A stretch of 64,000 nt of DNA from Octopus vulgaris (GCA_951406725.2 OX597839.1:4030001-4094000), one strand, 5' to 3'. Shown: positions 39,631-53,546, counted from the stretch's first letter. Translations and numbers: made by a program. The notes: generated by a model not told the origin, from the sequence alone.

Positions 39631-39813
39631 CTGATCTTATGTAACCCATTTTGTCTTGTCGGCTTCACAATTGTTTCCTGGCGCTTCTTTCAAGAACGGA
39701 TACATGAAGAAGAGATTTATTTATTAAACTTCTTTGGGGAAGAATACTTTAACTACCAAAAGAAAGTTGGAACAGGTCTTCCATTCATCAATGGTTACCG
39801 AAGAGAACTTTAA
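39631..39813 (+). CDS. ICMT: ICMT coding exon 4 (LILCNPFC...RIHEEEIYLLNFFGEEYFNYQKKVGTGLPFINGYRREL*)
   Basis: T-rich AAG acceptor; C-terminal motif RxxxEExxLxxxFGxxYxxY; TAA at 39811-39813; total CDS 867 nt. Confidence 0.95.
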   Translation: MILCNPFCLVGFTIVSWRFFQERIHEEEIYLLNFFGEEYFNYQKKVGTGLPFINGYRREL

Positions 39814-39842
39814 AAAATCTGAACTGGAATTTCTCGTAAGTG

Positions 39843-39856
39843 AAATAAAAATAAAA
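39843..39856 (+). terminator. Candidate proximal polyadenylation signals (two adjacent AATAAA)
   Basis: AATAAA twice about 30-40 nt after the stop codon; AT-rich context makes chance occurrence likely. Confidence 0.3.
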
Positions 39857-41040
39857 ATATGGAATTATGAAATTGTAACACTTACAAATGGGCAAGAAAA
39901 AAAAAATACTAACAAAACAAAACAAAAAAAAAAAAAGGGGGATGATTGCATCCAAATTTTTGTTTTTCTTTCTCCGGGTTAATTCGCGCAACTCAACTGA
40001 CAACTGCTAATTCTTGGACCAAGCTGCTTATTTCAACTATTTTGCAATTTAAACTCGAAGAAGTGTTCATGTGATGTTGTTAATCATGAAAAAGAAAACA
40101 AACTGTAATTTACATTACAGTCCATAGTGAAATGGTTCGAATGGTGCCTGGTAATTATTCTAACCATTTTTTTAATTAATATTCTGGAAGTAGTCGATAG
40201 TTACAACTCTATGGCATGTGTAGAACTGTAAGTTTTCTTCTTCGAGATTATTCTAGTGTAAATAATTAGCGATCTTTCCAAACTGGAATTTTTTTTGAAA
40301 TGAACGTTGCTGAAGAATCCTTACTGTGGCAAGATAAGATTTAATTTCATTTTGTGTACCATACCCTCCTGGGGTTTGAGATGTTCTGGCACAGCCGTTT
40401 TGGTGGCACCGTTGATTCAACACAGGGACTTTATTTGACACGAGGCGTTTTTGAAGTTTCTTTCATCCGAATGTTTTCTTCATTTATAATCTTTCTCTCC
40501 TTCCATCTCTCCCTTTCTCCCTCTTTTTCTTTCTATCTGCATGTTTATATTTCTGCATATGCATGCATACGTGCATGTATGCATGTGTGTGTGTGTGTGT
40601 GTGTATTTGCCTCCAGCGCCTAAAATTCCTGTTGCCAAGACAGACTGAATGTCCACTCAGCTATGTTGTCGAATCATCTGTGCATGAATGGCTGTGCCGT
40701 ATCACCTCACTCTGATTCTCCTGTGTTTAAGCACATATATATGTTCATGTGTGTGTATATATACATACATACATATATATATATAAACACACACATATAT
40801 ATATATTTGTTTGTGTGTATATATAAATATCATCATCAAAAGCAGCCACTTCACTCTCGGAGTGGTTGGCGTTAGGAAGAGCATCCAGCTGTAGAAACTC
40901 TGCCCCATCAGATTGGAGTCTGGTGCAGCCATCTGGTTCGCCAGACCTCAGACAAATTGTCCAACCCATGCTAGCATGGAAAGCGGACTTTAAATGACGA
41001 TGATGATGATGATGATGATATATGTTTGTGTGTGTATATA

Positions 41041-41089
<49 letters not shown>

Positions 41090-41472
41090 GTTCATGTGTG
41101 TGTGTATACATACACACACACACATATATATGTCACACATATGTATACACACATCTCACACCCATATGTATATACACACACACTCACACACATGTACACA
41201 CTTGGTTTAATCTTCATCCAAGAACATACGCTTCTACCGAACATTTATTTACATGAACAGCAGCAAAGTTTTGTTGTCCTGGAGAGCCTCCAGAATCAAA
41301 TGTATTGGTTTTATAGGTCATCACTAAAATTATGCTTACATTCAGTATTCATTTCTTGGCCGCATAAATGCCTCTAAAACCCCTTATATTGTTTGACAAT
41401 TTTAACTGTGAAATCTCGTCATGAACTACAGTTATAACGAACCGGCAATAATGATATTGCACTGATTGTTAA

Positions 41473-41920
41473 GGTGGTGTGCTGGCTGAATCATTAGCAG
41501 CATTTCATCCACCTTTTATGTTCTGTGTTCAAATTCTGCCGAGGTCAACTTTGCCTTTCATCCTTTCAGGGGTTGATAAAATAAGTACCTATTTCTTTAC
41601 TACCCACAAGGGGCTAAACACAGAGAGGACGAACAAGGACAGGCAAACGGATTAAGTCGATTATATCGACCCCAGTGCGTAACTGGTACTTATTTAATCG
41701 ACTCCTGAAAGGATGAAAGGCAAAGTCGACCTCGGCGGAATTTGAACTCAGAACGTAGCGGCAGACAAAATACCGCTAAGCATTTCGCCTGGCATGCTAA
41801 CGATTCTGCCATCTCGCTGCCTTAAAGGTTGATAAAATAAGTACCAGCTGAGTACTGGGGTTGATGTAATCGACTTACCCCCTTCCCTGAACTTGCTGGC
41901 CTAGTGCCAAAATTTGAAAT
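41473..41920. mobile_element. SINE B (-) at ~41589-41822 nested in a related + copy
   Basis: ggttgataaaataagtacc present on both sides of the insert. Confidence 0.75.
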
Positions 41921-42304
41921 CAGTATTACACTAATCACAAAACATTACTTTTCAGGACTGTTTTGTGGACAGAATATACATGGAGTGGCAAATATTTTAG
42001 CTGCTTCGTCTACCTGTACTTACCTGTATGGGCGGGCAGAAAACTTGAGAATTACCTGAAATATAAAACATGGAATGGATCGAATCTCGGTAATCGTTAA
42101 AACCGACTCTATGGATAAAACCAGTGTTGCCATCACAATGTCTCTTGGCATTTTTCACTAAATTTGACTGTGAACAATATTTACTCATTCTCTCTAATAT
42201 GAAGAAATGTCCCTCATTCTATGTTAGCAAGATGTATCATATATATTTCTTTACTACCCACAAGGGGCTAAACATATGTATCATATAAGAGATATTTTGA
42301 GAGA

Positions 42305-43390
42305 CGTGTTGCAGTGTCCATGTCTCTACCCACAAGATGATTGAGACAACAGCAATAATTTGAAAATGATATAGTTAAATCTATCAGACTAATGTAATCA
42401 ACAACCAATCATTAAAATAGATTTAAGTATCTCTTATTTTGTGTAAGTAGTATTACTGGCCTTGTGGCCCAGTGGATAAGGAGGGTTGGTTACAAACAAA
42501 ACAGTGGGGTAGATGGAGGTTTCAGTCTCAGGTAGGGACTGTGATAGGATCTTATTTTGTTTTATTTTTTTCTGTAAATGGAAAAAAAAAAATTTGAATA
42601 CTTTTACAAGGATTGAACCTTTGTTAAAGAGGTTTGTGAATTGTTGTGTCCATGTCTTTACCCACAAGACCATCGAGACAACAGCAATTACTAGTGTAAA
42701 AATAATATATTTAAACCTATCAGACTAATGTAATCAACAACCAATCATTAAAATAGATTTAAGTATCTCATTTTTGGTGTAAGTAGTATTACTGGCCTTA
42801 TGGCCCAGTGGATAAGGGGGGAGGTTGGTTACAAACAAAGACAGTGGGGTAGATGAAGGTTCCAGTCCCAGGTGGGGACTGTGATAGAATTTTATTTTAT
42901 TTTTTCTGTAAATGGAAAAAAAAAAATACTGAATACTTTTAAAGATTGAACCTTTGGCCAAGGGGTATGTGTGTTGCTGTGTCCAAGTCTTTACCCACAA
43001 GACCATTGAGACAACAGCAGTAACTAGTGTGAAAATGATGTATTTAAACTTATCAGACTAATGTAATCAATAACCAGTCATTAGAATAGATTTAAATATA
43101 TCATATTTTGTGTAAGTAGTATTACTAGCTTTGCGGATAAGGGTGGTTGGTGATGGACAAGACTGTGGGGTAGATGGAGGTTTCAGTCTCGGGTAGGGAT
43201 TGTGATATGATCATACTTACTTTTTATTTTTCTCTAGAGATGTGTTAAAAGGGGGAAGAAAAAAAAAAACACAATCAGTATAGGCCATGGGCCAAGATTG
43301 ATCCTTTGTCCAAGGGGTATATGTGTTGCTATGTCTTTATCCACAGGACCATTGAGGCAATAGCTAGTTTGAAAATGATATATTTAAATC
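42305..43390. repeat. Tandem array of ~335-bp unit (~3.3 copies)
   Basis: cccacaagacca(t/c)tgagacaacagc recurs near 42329, 42661, 42994, 43340. Confidence 0.85.
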
Positions 43391-43667
43391 TTATATAGCT
43401 ATTTGATGTGGTGGTGTTCATGGTTTTCTGTGACTTTAGTAATATTTGAGGAGAGAATGTGAAATGCTCCAGATCACAACATGCTACCTGATTCAGGAAT
43501 TGATCTCACAGCCTTAATGATTATAAGCTGAACACCCTAACCACAAGGCCATGCACTTTCATGGCAAAGTCAGTAGAGTGATGGGTTGGTTTCTATTTAT
43601 ATCCTGGGTTCAAGTCCTGACTTAGCTTAGCTTAGCTTTTCATTCTTCTGGGGTCAATAAAATAAAA

Positions 43668-43975
43668 TATGAGCTGTGACTGCTGAGGACATGCATAAGC
43701 TCACAAGGAATGAATCCAGTATGATCCGACGGATGTGTTATGTCAGCGTGCATACTCGACAGAGTGTAAGTACCTTGAGAGAAAGGTTGGACCTAAGAAG
43801 CATCAGATGTTGTGTGCAAGAGAGACGACTGCGCTGGTATGGTCATGTGGCGAGAATGGATGAGGTAGACCCAGGAAGACCTGGGATGAAGTGGTGAAGC
43901 ATGACCTTTGAACATTAGGCCTCACCGAGGCAATGACTAGTGACCGAGACTTCTGGAAACATGCTGTGCTTGAGA
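43668..43975 (+). mobile_element. RTE-clade LINE 3' fragment
   Basis: ERRLRWYGHVARM..GRP. Confidence 0.75.
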
Positions 43976-45142
43976 CCGTAACCTGGTGGCTTATGCAAAC
44001 TGAAAGATAAATTATTTAATTTGGTAATTGAGTTAGGATAACAAGATGGTAGAATTGTTAGTATGCGAGGTAAAGTGCTTAGTGGCATTTTGAGATCAAA
44101 TTCTGCTGAGGTTAACTTTGCCTTTCATCCTTTCGGGATTGATAAAGTAAGTACCAGTTGAACACTGGGGTTGATGCAATCGACTAATTCCTCCCCCAGA
44201 ATTGCTAGCCTTGTGCCGAAATTTGAGACCATAATTTATAGCTTCAACGGCAGCATGCTGGCAGAATCGTTAGCACACCGGGCAAAATTCTTGGCCGTAT
44301 TTTGTCTGTCTTAAGTTCTGAGTTCAAATTCTACCATGGTCAACTTCGCCGTTCGTCATATTGGGGTTGGTAAGATAAGTACCAGTTGAACACGGCAGGA
44401 GGTGGGGGGTTATCTCCACCCCTGAATTTGCTGGCCTTGTGCCAAAATTTGAAACCAATATGATAACTGTGTTTGATAGAAAGATTTAAAGGAATAACAA
44501 TTACAATATGAAATAGTTCTTACCATGCAAAGTGACACAATTGGAATCATTCCAAATGTGATGAGCTCCATGCAGGGCCGCAGTTTCCATTGTAGATTTA
44601 TAAAGTTTTCAAAAGATATGTACGTCAGAATATTTTGTAAATCTAGAGTACACTTTCAGCTGTGAAAGTATGACCAGTGGGCCATGAAGACGTGGGTTCT
44701 AAACTCATGCAGAGACAGCTTATTTTCTTTATAATATACATACACACACACACACATATATATATAGACCTTCGAAACGTGGAGTAGATGAAATTAAGGC
44801 GACTGAAGAAGGGGAATTTTCCTTGTGTTGTATGTCTTGTACTCTGTTTTTTCGTTGTTTAAGAAAAATGTCCATTTCCTTGGTTTTGTGTTTATGTTTT
44901 CGTTTCTCATTGTGTTCGACATTTTTTTGGTGTCCTGTACCCATATATGCATGTATATATACATGTAGAGGTAGGTACGTACATATATGTATGTATATAT
45001 GTTTTATTTATTTTTAATTTATATATATATATATACATATGTGTGTGTGTGTGTGTGTGTGTACACACATACACATGCATAAATATATACGTATATGCAT
45101 ATCTATAAATAATATATGTATATATACATGTATGTGTATATA

Positions 45143-46398
45143 CAGGGGTTGGTCAAAATAATGGAAACACCTTAAAATTTCAAACAAATATATTTTAATA
45201 TGGGGTAGGATTACCTTTTGCAGTAATTACAGCTTGAATTCTATGAGGTATGGACTCTCACAAATCCCAAAGGAATTTTTGTCCATTCTTCAGCTAAAAC
45301 AGTCTCCAGTTATTGTAGTGATGATGGTGGAGGATATCGACTCCTTTACTGTTTTTCTAAAATGCACCATAAATGTTCAATAATATTGAGATCTGGGGAA
45401 TGTGGTGGCCAGATAAGATGTTCAACTTCGCTAGAATGTTCCTCGTGCCATTCAGTAAAAACTTTAGCTGTGTGAATTGGTGTATTATCATCCTGAAAGA
45501 TTGCATTTCTCTCCAGAAACAGTTCTGCAACCATAGGATGAGTTTGATCAGATAGAATGCTTAAATAGTCTTGACTATTAATTCTGCCATGAAGGGTAAC
45601 CATTGGGCTGGTGGATTTCCAAGATATAACCCCCCAGATCATCACAGATCCTCCTCTATGTTTAACAGTTGGAAGAAGGCAGTCTGGGTCAAATGCTTCC
45701 TTTGGCTGTCTCCACTTGTATACTTGACCGTTGGTTAGAATTAAGGTAAAAGATGACTCGTCCAAGAAAATAACATTCTTCCACTGCTCTAGGGACCAAT
45801 TCTGTAGGTTCTTACTCCACTCTAAATGCTTTGCAACGTTTGTTTTTGAAAGTAGCGGTTTTCTGATTGCAGCCCTCCTGTGAAATCCGGCTTTGTGCAG
45901 ATCGCAGTGAACAGTTTTTTGTGGAAATTCGGTTCTTGAGGTGGTCATTAAGCTCTGCAGTAATTCTGGGAGTCGTACTTTTGTGATCCTTTCTAATAAT
46001 TTGCGTAAGAGTTCGATGGTCCCTATCTGAAAGTTTTAGTTTTCTTCCAGAGTTTTGTTTTGATGAGGAGGTTTTTCCCTCTTTCTCAAAAGGCTGTCAT
46101 TATTTTCGAGACAGTACTTCTTGGTACACCAAACATTTCGGCTGTTTTTGTTACGCTAGCGCCGGCCAAACAAGCACCAACAATTTGACCTCTTTGAAAG
46201 TTCGACAGATCTGTCGTTTTAATGAATTTTAATTACCTTTTTCTGAATATATCTGAAAAGAAACAGCAATTTTAGCAAAACAAATTAAGCAACACTAACA
46301 ATAGATCAAAAGACATAAAAATAAACAAGCTTTTGACAGTTTTATAGATATTTCAAAATTATGATGCTAGGTGTTTCCTTTATTTTGTCCAACCCCTG
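45143..46398 (-). mobile_element. Near full-length Tc1/mariner transposon, DD36E catalytic spacing
   Basis: TIRs CAGGGGTTGG(T/A)CAAAATAA..GAAACAC, TA on left flank; ORF 45346-45948 with FLDES, GGSVMIWG, FQDDN, SPDLNIIE. Confidence 0.93.
45190..46217 (-). pseudogene. Disrupted Tc1 transposase
   Basis: N-terminus TTDLSNFQRGQIVGA..GASVTKTAEMFGVPRSTVSK (ACG at the expected start); frameshifts near 46090 and 45346. Confidence 0.85.
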
Positions 46399-46411
46399 TG
46401 TGTGTGTGTGT

Positions 46412-46481
<70 letters not shown>

Positions 46482-46881
46482 ATGATTTTTGGTAAGCAGT
46501 TTCAATTTTTATAATCCTCTAAATAACATTTATTCTATAAGTGTTAAAACTTATAGGTGATCACTGTGTAATGACTAAAAAAAACCCCGGTCTAATAGGG
46601 GGCTTATATGCCCCAATATTCGACTATTTTCTTTAGTCATTACAGTGACCACTTATAAAATATTATTATTATTTATATATATATATGTGTGTGTGTGTGT
46701 ATCAAATTAGATACACGACCAAAAGTGCTATTAATAGTTTTATGCTTTTATGATACTTAAACAGTAATCTTTCAGGCTCTATTTATGCGATGTATATATA
46801 TATATATATATATTTATTATATAGAAGGAGCTTCTACAGGACTAGAACTGTTTCATTCAAGAGAAATCTTCAGGAAGCTCT

Positions 46882-46934
46882 GAGCTTCCTGAAGATTTCT
46901 CTTGAATGAAACAGTTCTAGTCCTGTAGAAGCTC
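46882..46934 (+). ncRNA. Type I hammerhead ribozyme (mirror copy on - strand at 46828-46880)
   Basis: Stem I GAGCTTC/GAAGCTC, CTGAAGA, weak stem II TTC/GAA, GAAA, stem III ACAG/CTGT, GUA cleavage triplet. Confidence 0.7.
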
Positions 46935-47019
46935 CTTCTATATAATAAATTAATTTTACTCTGCTATGTATTGAGTACCTTATTTACTGTGGTTAACTCC
47001 GAATCAACCCGGGACCTAC

Positions 47020-47059
<40 letters not shown>

Positions 47060-47689
47060 GTGACAGTGTATATGTGTGTATATATATACACACTGTTACA
47101 ACTGTGGTGTTGTTGGTAAAACATGTTCTTTGTCTATCTCCTTATCCTCTTGGAGATTTTGGGTAAAATTATACTAATGTGTCCTAATTTAATTAAATTC
47201 TAGGTCTTTGTCCAGCTGAAGATTGCTCCACATTCTAAGTTGATGTAATGAAATGATTACATTGTTCAATGAAATGGAGTTGCATGAAACGATTGTACTG
47301 CATTACTTCTGACTTCCATGTAACACAGAAGTCAATGGTAAAACAAAACCCTTGTTAGAGAACTACATGTTACGATAAGATTTTCAGGAGCACAACTTTC
47401 AGAGGAAACCTGTACACACATACATACATACAACTATATATATATATATATATAATTTACAAGATAGGCAGAAGAAAAATTCTAATGCCAGATACGCGAA
47501 ACAAAAAATTTGTCGATAACCATTAAATTTAATGGTTATCGACAAATTTTTTGTTTCGGCATATCTGGCATTAGAATTTTTCTTCTGCCCTTATCTTGTA
47601 AATTATGTATAAATTTTACCTTTATAGGCATTTTTTGATATGTTGGCCATTGATAAAATTTTTTTCCCGAAAATTTTTTATCCTATATC

Positions 47690-47725
<36 letters not shown>

Positions 47726-48006
47726 GTAAATATAATATGTGACAATTATTCGGTAACTCTGAGTTACTGAATAATTGTCACATATTAAATTTACAGATAA
47801 ATTCCTTTATTTACATAATATCTTTTGTTGTGTTGCCATTTCTATCAATATATACATAATTTTGCATGATAAAATTTCGGATATATATATATATATATAA
47901 ATGTGTGTGTGTGTGTGTGTAAAATTAAATAAGAGTAGAAATTGATATTAATCAATTAAAACCAGAGGCCTAGCATATTTTAAAAAAAACCGAAGATTAA
48001 AAATTT

Positions 48007-48051
<45 letters not shown>

Positions 48052-49156
48052 ACACATGCATACACACATAGAGATTCAAATATATATTTATTCAAATTTC
48101 TGGTTTCGGTCAGAGGTTTTATTACACATGCTGTCTTCTGATGAAATTTTAATTAAGGACTTCTATCTACCTATCTAATCCCAAGAAATTACTCAAGTAA
48201 TAGTCAGATCTGTAATAACCATTCAGGAAATGGCTACACTTGTGGCCTGAAGACTCTGAGTGCAAAACTGCTTAGCAGGCTCTAGTTATGGGTTTAACAG
48301 AATGTACACATATGCATATAGTTGTTACAGTAAACTGATGTTTCAGCATACGAGTTCAGGGTACCTTTGTTAGGGTACTTTATCCGAATGTCAAACAGAT
48401 AACGACCGCAGTATTTCATTTTGATCTATGTGATCCATAATCCGTATTTTAATTCCGATGCTTGTTTACTTTCCAAGCCATCTTTAATTAGCCCTCACAG
48501 CAATTAATTTGAACCTTCAATTGTCTTTCTCTCTGTTTTTCGGGTCATTGTATAAAATTTTGCAAACGAGCACAGGATTTTCTCATCCATGTTATCTTTC
48601 CAACACAGCTGAGTCGAGACCTCAATATCAGGTCTTAGTGTCGGGTGTTGGGCAAACTGAATGTTGGTATTTTAAGTGATTTTGTCATGGTTCGGATGAG
48701 AAAATTGCTTGAAGTTTTTGATTAATGGAACTTTTCAAATATTCAAAAGCCTTTTTCTATTCCATGTCCAAATCTCAGTCGAGACAATAGCACTATAGAC
48801 CGCAGATGTGGTTAAACTCGCACAACTCATTGTTTCTTTAAGTATTTAAAGTTCTTTCTACACATTCGGCATTTCTATACGTTTGTCTGCAAGACTTTTA
48901 ATAGCTTTCTCAGTCAATTTTGGATGATAAAGACCCTGGATGTTTCGAGATTTTTACTTTGTCTTGGATGAGCATGTACATTAATTAGTTGAACGAATAA
49001 CATACATTCTGTATGTCAACGTTTTGTGTACATGCGTATGTAATACACATATATATTTAAGTATACATATGTATATGTATAAATATTTTTATACATATGT
49101 ATGTATGTGTATATATATATATGTGTGTATGTGTTTATGTATATATATATAATAAA

Positions 49157-49194
49157 CTGTCCGATGAACGGCAACGGGAAACTCAGAGTAATAG
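49157..49194 (+). ncRNA. Degenerate minimal hammerhead
   Basis: CTGT-CCGATGA-..-GAAACTCAGAGTA-ATAG; palindromic stem III, GUA triplet, stem II damaged. Confidence 0.45.
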
Positions 49195-50539
49195 GTTTTG
49201 TCGAATTTTCTGCTGCTTTAAATAAAGTATATATATATGTATATATGTGTTTGTTTATATATATATGTATCTATATGTATGTATCTATATATATATATAT
49301 ATATATATAATTTTAATTGCAGATATACCATGTTACCAATGGTTTCATGCAATACATTACAACTTTTAAGCATTCCATTTACAAATAATAGTAATCTCTC
49401 TCCATTTTTGAGTTTGGCTACATGAGATTATATGAAAGCTCTGCTTTTGTTTGATGGTATAGAGTGAGATACCAGATACATGGGTATGCATGAAACCATT
49501 GGTAGCATAGTAAGTCCGCAAATATAGAAAACATTTATTCACCAAGTGTGGTGTTTAACACTCATTCTCACTGTTCACCACAATTGTATATACAAGTAAT
49601 TTATATATATTATCTATCACAGGTTTGTGGCATTGAACTTAATGGTTTTGCTTATGAGAGTTTAATTAAACGAGAAATTTTCACGGTTAATTAAGAAGAA
49701 AATATCCTCAGAAAGAATATGTTGGATGTACAATTATTGCCCACAGTTATTTAAAATGGTGGACACAAGTCATATACACCATATGTTGTCTCATTTATAT
49801 ACACTCATTTGATAAGTTGTCATCAATGAAACAGTTCATCCTTGCATTATATTTATTTGTAGCATCTGATACCACTTGGAGGTATTTGATGATGATAATG
49901 ATTATTATACATGTATATATATGTATATATATACATATATATATACACATATATACACGTACATACTATATTATGTATTATACATGAAATTCACAAGATA
50001 CATCCTTGTTGCATGCTATGTCATGTTGATTACATATACATATCTGTGGAATGCATACACATACACACAATATATATATGTGTATATATAAATATATCTA
50101 TGTATGCATTTGGTAAGTGCAATTTAAGTCTTACACTGGGTGACAAATAATCGGTATTGAGAATACCATGCATGTATTATTGTATTTGTATCATTTTTTA
50201 AAAATCCATGGCAGTTGATTCTATCAATGTCTTTTCAATCCAATAATGCTGTGTATAAAAGTTACATGTCTCTGATGAATTGACAGTACATCTTGATTAT
50301 GTAATTTACTTTATGTAATGAACCTTATGTTAATGAAATGTATGTAAGATATGATCCAACTAAATATCTTATAAACAATCTCTCATGTTTTGATTTATTA
50401 TATATAACTGTTTATCCAGACACTTTTTTTTTCCTCTCCCTCCATCTGCTTTCTCTCCTCATTAGTTTCTGTTGAAGAGCATAGGCTCAAAACATTAAAG
50501 ACTCTTTTATGTTTCCTGAGCATCTAACTGATACATTTT

Positions 50540-50805
50540 AATAATAATAACAATAATGAAATTATTGTATACAGTGCTCAGGTGCACCACAACTTGTCAA
50601 AAGTGTGTATAAAGCATATGCAGTAATGTACAAATGTCTGGAAAGCGAACAGTGTATGAGTCAGATACATGCTTGCGTGTGTATGGAGGGGAGAAAATCA
50701 GGTGCAGTGTTGGCGAATCTTAGGAAGCATGGAAGTTTTGAAGGATGCAGTGCTCCGACGACTAACAACTGATGCCGGCAGTCTGTTCCATGCTTCAGCA
50801 ACTCT
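50540..50805 (-). mobile_element. CR1-like LINE 3' end, second family
   Basis: Homologous to 12640-12890. Confidence 0.8.
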
Positions 50806-51215
50806 TTTGTTTATTGATCCTTCACCAGTCTCTGTCTTTTGTCTATTTGTACAGTGTTGAACCATACACACACACAATGCATCCCTATTTATTCATCCAT
50901 ATACACACACCAGCCATATATACATATACACATATATACATACACATACATACATATATATGTACATGCACACACACACCCATATATATATATATACATA
51001 CATACATACATACATACACATATAAATGAATGTGTATGTGTGTCTATGTACCATACATATATATCATATACATACATGTACATATACGAATATATATATG
51101 TATTTATATTTACAAGTATGTGTGTATGTATATATATATATATACATACCTACATACATACATACATCATACATACATACATACATATATATATTTATAT
51201 TTACAAGTATGTGTG

Positions 51216-51256
<41 letters not shown>

Positions 51257-53546
51257 CACCTCATGCTGCCACCTTGATACTCAGAAACCTTGTGTGTTAG
51301 AATATGTTGTAAGGAAAATTTTGCTGTGATGTCCGGCAGGTCAAGATATCACTTCGATGTTCCATTACTGGTTCTTGCCTATATAAGACAGAAGCAAGAA
51401 ATTTGGCTATTATTTTTTAGTGTCAGTGTACCACATGTGTCATACACTCATTAATAGTGGACACATCATTTCAGAGACATTTGGATGCTGTTTCTAGCAG
51501 ATCTGTTTGCCACATAGAGGACTACCTTTGTAGCTCAGATACATATATATAATATACATACATATGTGTATGTATACGTAGGCACGGGCATGGCTGTGCG
51601 GTTAGGGAGCTTGCTTTCTAACTACATGGTTTCGGGTTCAGTCCCACTGCGTGGCACTTTGGGTAAGTGTCTTCCTCTATAGCCCCGAGTCGACCGAAGC
51701 TTTGTGATTGAATTCGGTAGGTGGAAGTTACTGCCATGTGTGTATGTGTGCGTATAGCTGCTCAGTGCCTCTCCGAAAGAGAGAGAGAGGGATACATATG
51801 TTTATATACACACACACATGCACACCAAAACAGTAGTGTGGTTTGAGGAGGGATGTGGCTATTTTAATCCAATCTGTCTACCACGTAGAAGTCTCTCCTA
51901 TTAACTCGTACATATATGCATAAATATAATTGTGGTTTGAAAGGGATTTGGCAGCTAATTTCTTTGAGGTCTACAATATAAAGATCTCACACATAAGATC
52001 ATATATACACATTTATATGTAAACTCTCTGTATAATGAAATTATAAGAATTATAAGTTTTTGTATCAATAAGATACCTTGCTACTGAAACCTATGTAGCA
52101 TAGACTGAACAGCTTTTGTCCTTTCTCAGAATTATAATTGTACTTATTTACCTTATACTATGCATAACTACTGTTATTACTGAGATTGGAGTTGTGGAGT
52201 ACCTGTTATTGTTACAAAATTGTTGCATTTTGTAATAATCGTAATTTTGTAATTGATTTATTAATTAATTAATCTGTTAATGTCCTCTCAAAGTAAGGTG
52301 GTAGCTAATCACTTGCTGAAGCCACTGTGCTAGTAATCATGTTTGATGTAATACTAACAAACTGATATAGATGCAGGTGGGGCCATAGGCACAGTGCGTT
52401 GCTGTGTGTTTAAGAAGTTTGCTTTTCAGTCGTGTGGTCTTGAGTTCAGTTCCAGGGTATGGTATGGCACCTTGATCGAGTATCTTCTACTATATCCCCA
52501 GGCTGACTAAAGCCTTGTAAGTGGATTTGCTAAATGGAAACTTGAAAGAAGCCTGTCATTCACAGGTAGACACACTCACACACAGCAAAACACGAAATTG
52601 GAAACTTTCTGGTATCATTTAATCAACATTACACATGTTTCATTTGCTAATAGGAATTACAAAGTTTTACGTTAGAGGGATGTATGAAATTTACCCTAAC
52701 TACACACACATACACACATATATACATGCATATATATACACATACATGCATATATATATATATACATACACATACATGCATACATATATACATACACATA
52801 CATGCATATATTTATATACACACATACACACATATATACACACACACACACATATATATATACATACACACATGCATGCATGTATATATAGATGCATATA
52901 TATATACACACACACACACATGCATACATATATATATATATAGACGCATACACACACATGCATGCATATATATATAGACGCATACACACACACACACATA
53001 TATATATATCATCATCATCATCATTTAGCGTCCGTTTTGATGATGATGATGATGATATGTGTGTATGTCATCATCATCATCAAAACGGACGCTAAATGAT
53101 GATGATGACATACACACATGCATGTATATAGATGCATATATATATATACATACATACACACATGCATGTATATATATATATAGACGCATCTATACACACA
53201 CACGCACACATATATATATATATTATATACATACATACACACAGACATGCATATATGTTTGTCACCCACCACCACTTGACAACTGGTGTTGGTTTGTTTA
53301 TGTCACTCTAACCTGGTCATTTGGCAAAAGTGACTGATAGAATAAGCCCCCCCCCCCCCCCGGCTTAAAATATGTAAGTACTGGGGTGAATTTGTTTGAC
53401 TGAGCCCTTCAAGTTGGTGCCCAAGCATGGCCACTGTCCACTGACTTAAAAAAAAAAATAAGCAGCAAAAAATAAATACACCCCTTGCCCGCCATCCATA
53501 TGTAAACAATATATATTGTTATGTTTGATTAGATAATATATATATA

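Noticed and set aside
44770-44825. Hammerhead (GAAAC upstream, CTGAAGA plus hairpin downstream)
   Set aside because: No GAAA follows stem II and stems I/III cannot be closed; at most a relic
48243-48282. Hammerhead-like CTGAAGA..AAAACTGC/GCAG
   Set aside because: GAAA and the NUH triplet are missing
48430-48960. Possible decayed transposase on - strand
   Set aside because: Could not recover convincing motifs or TIRs by eye
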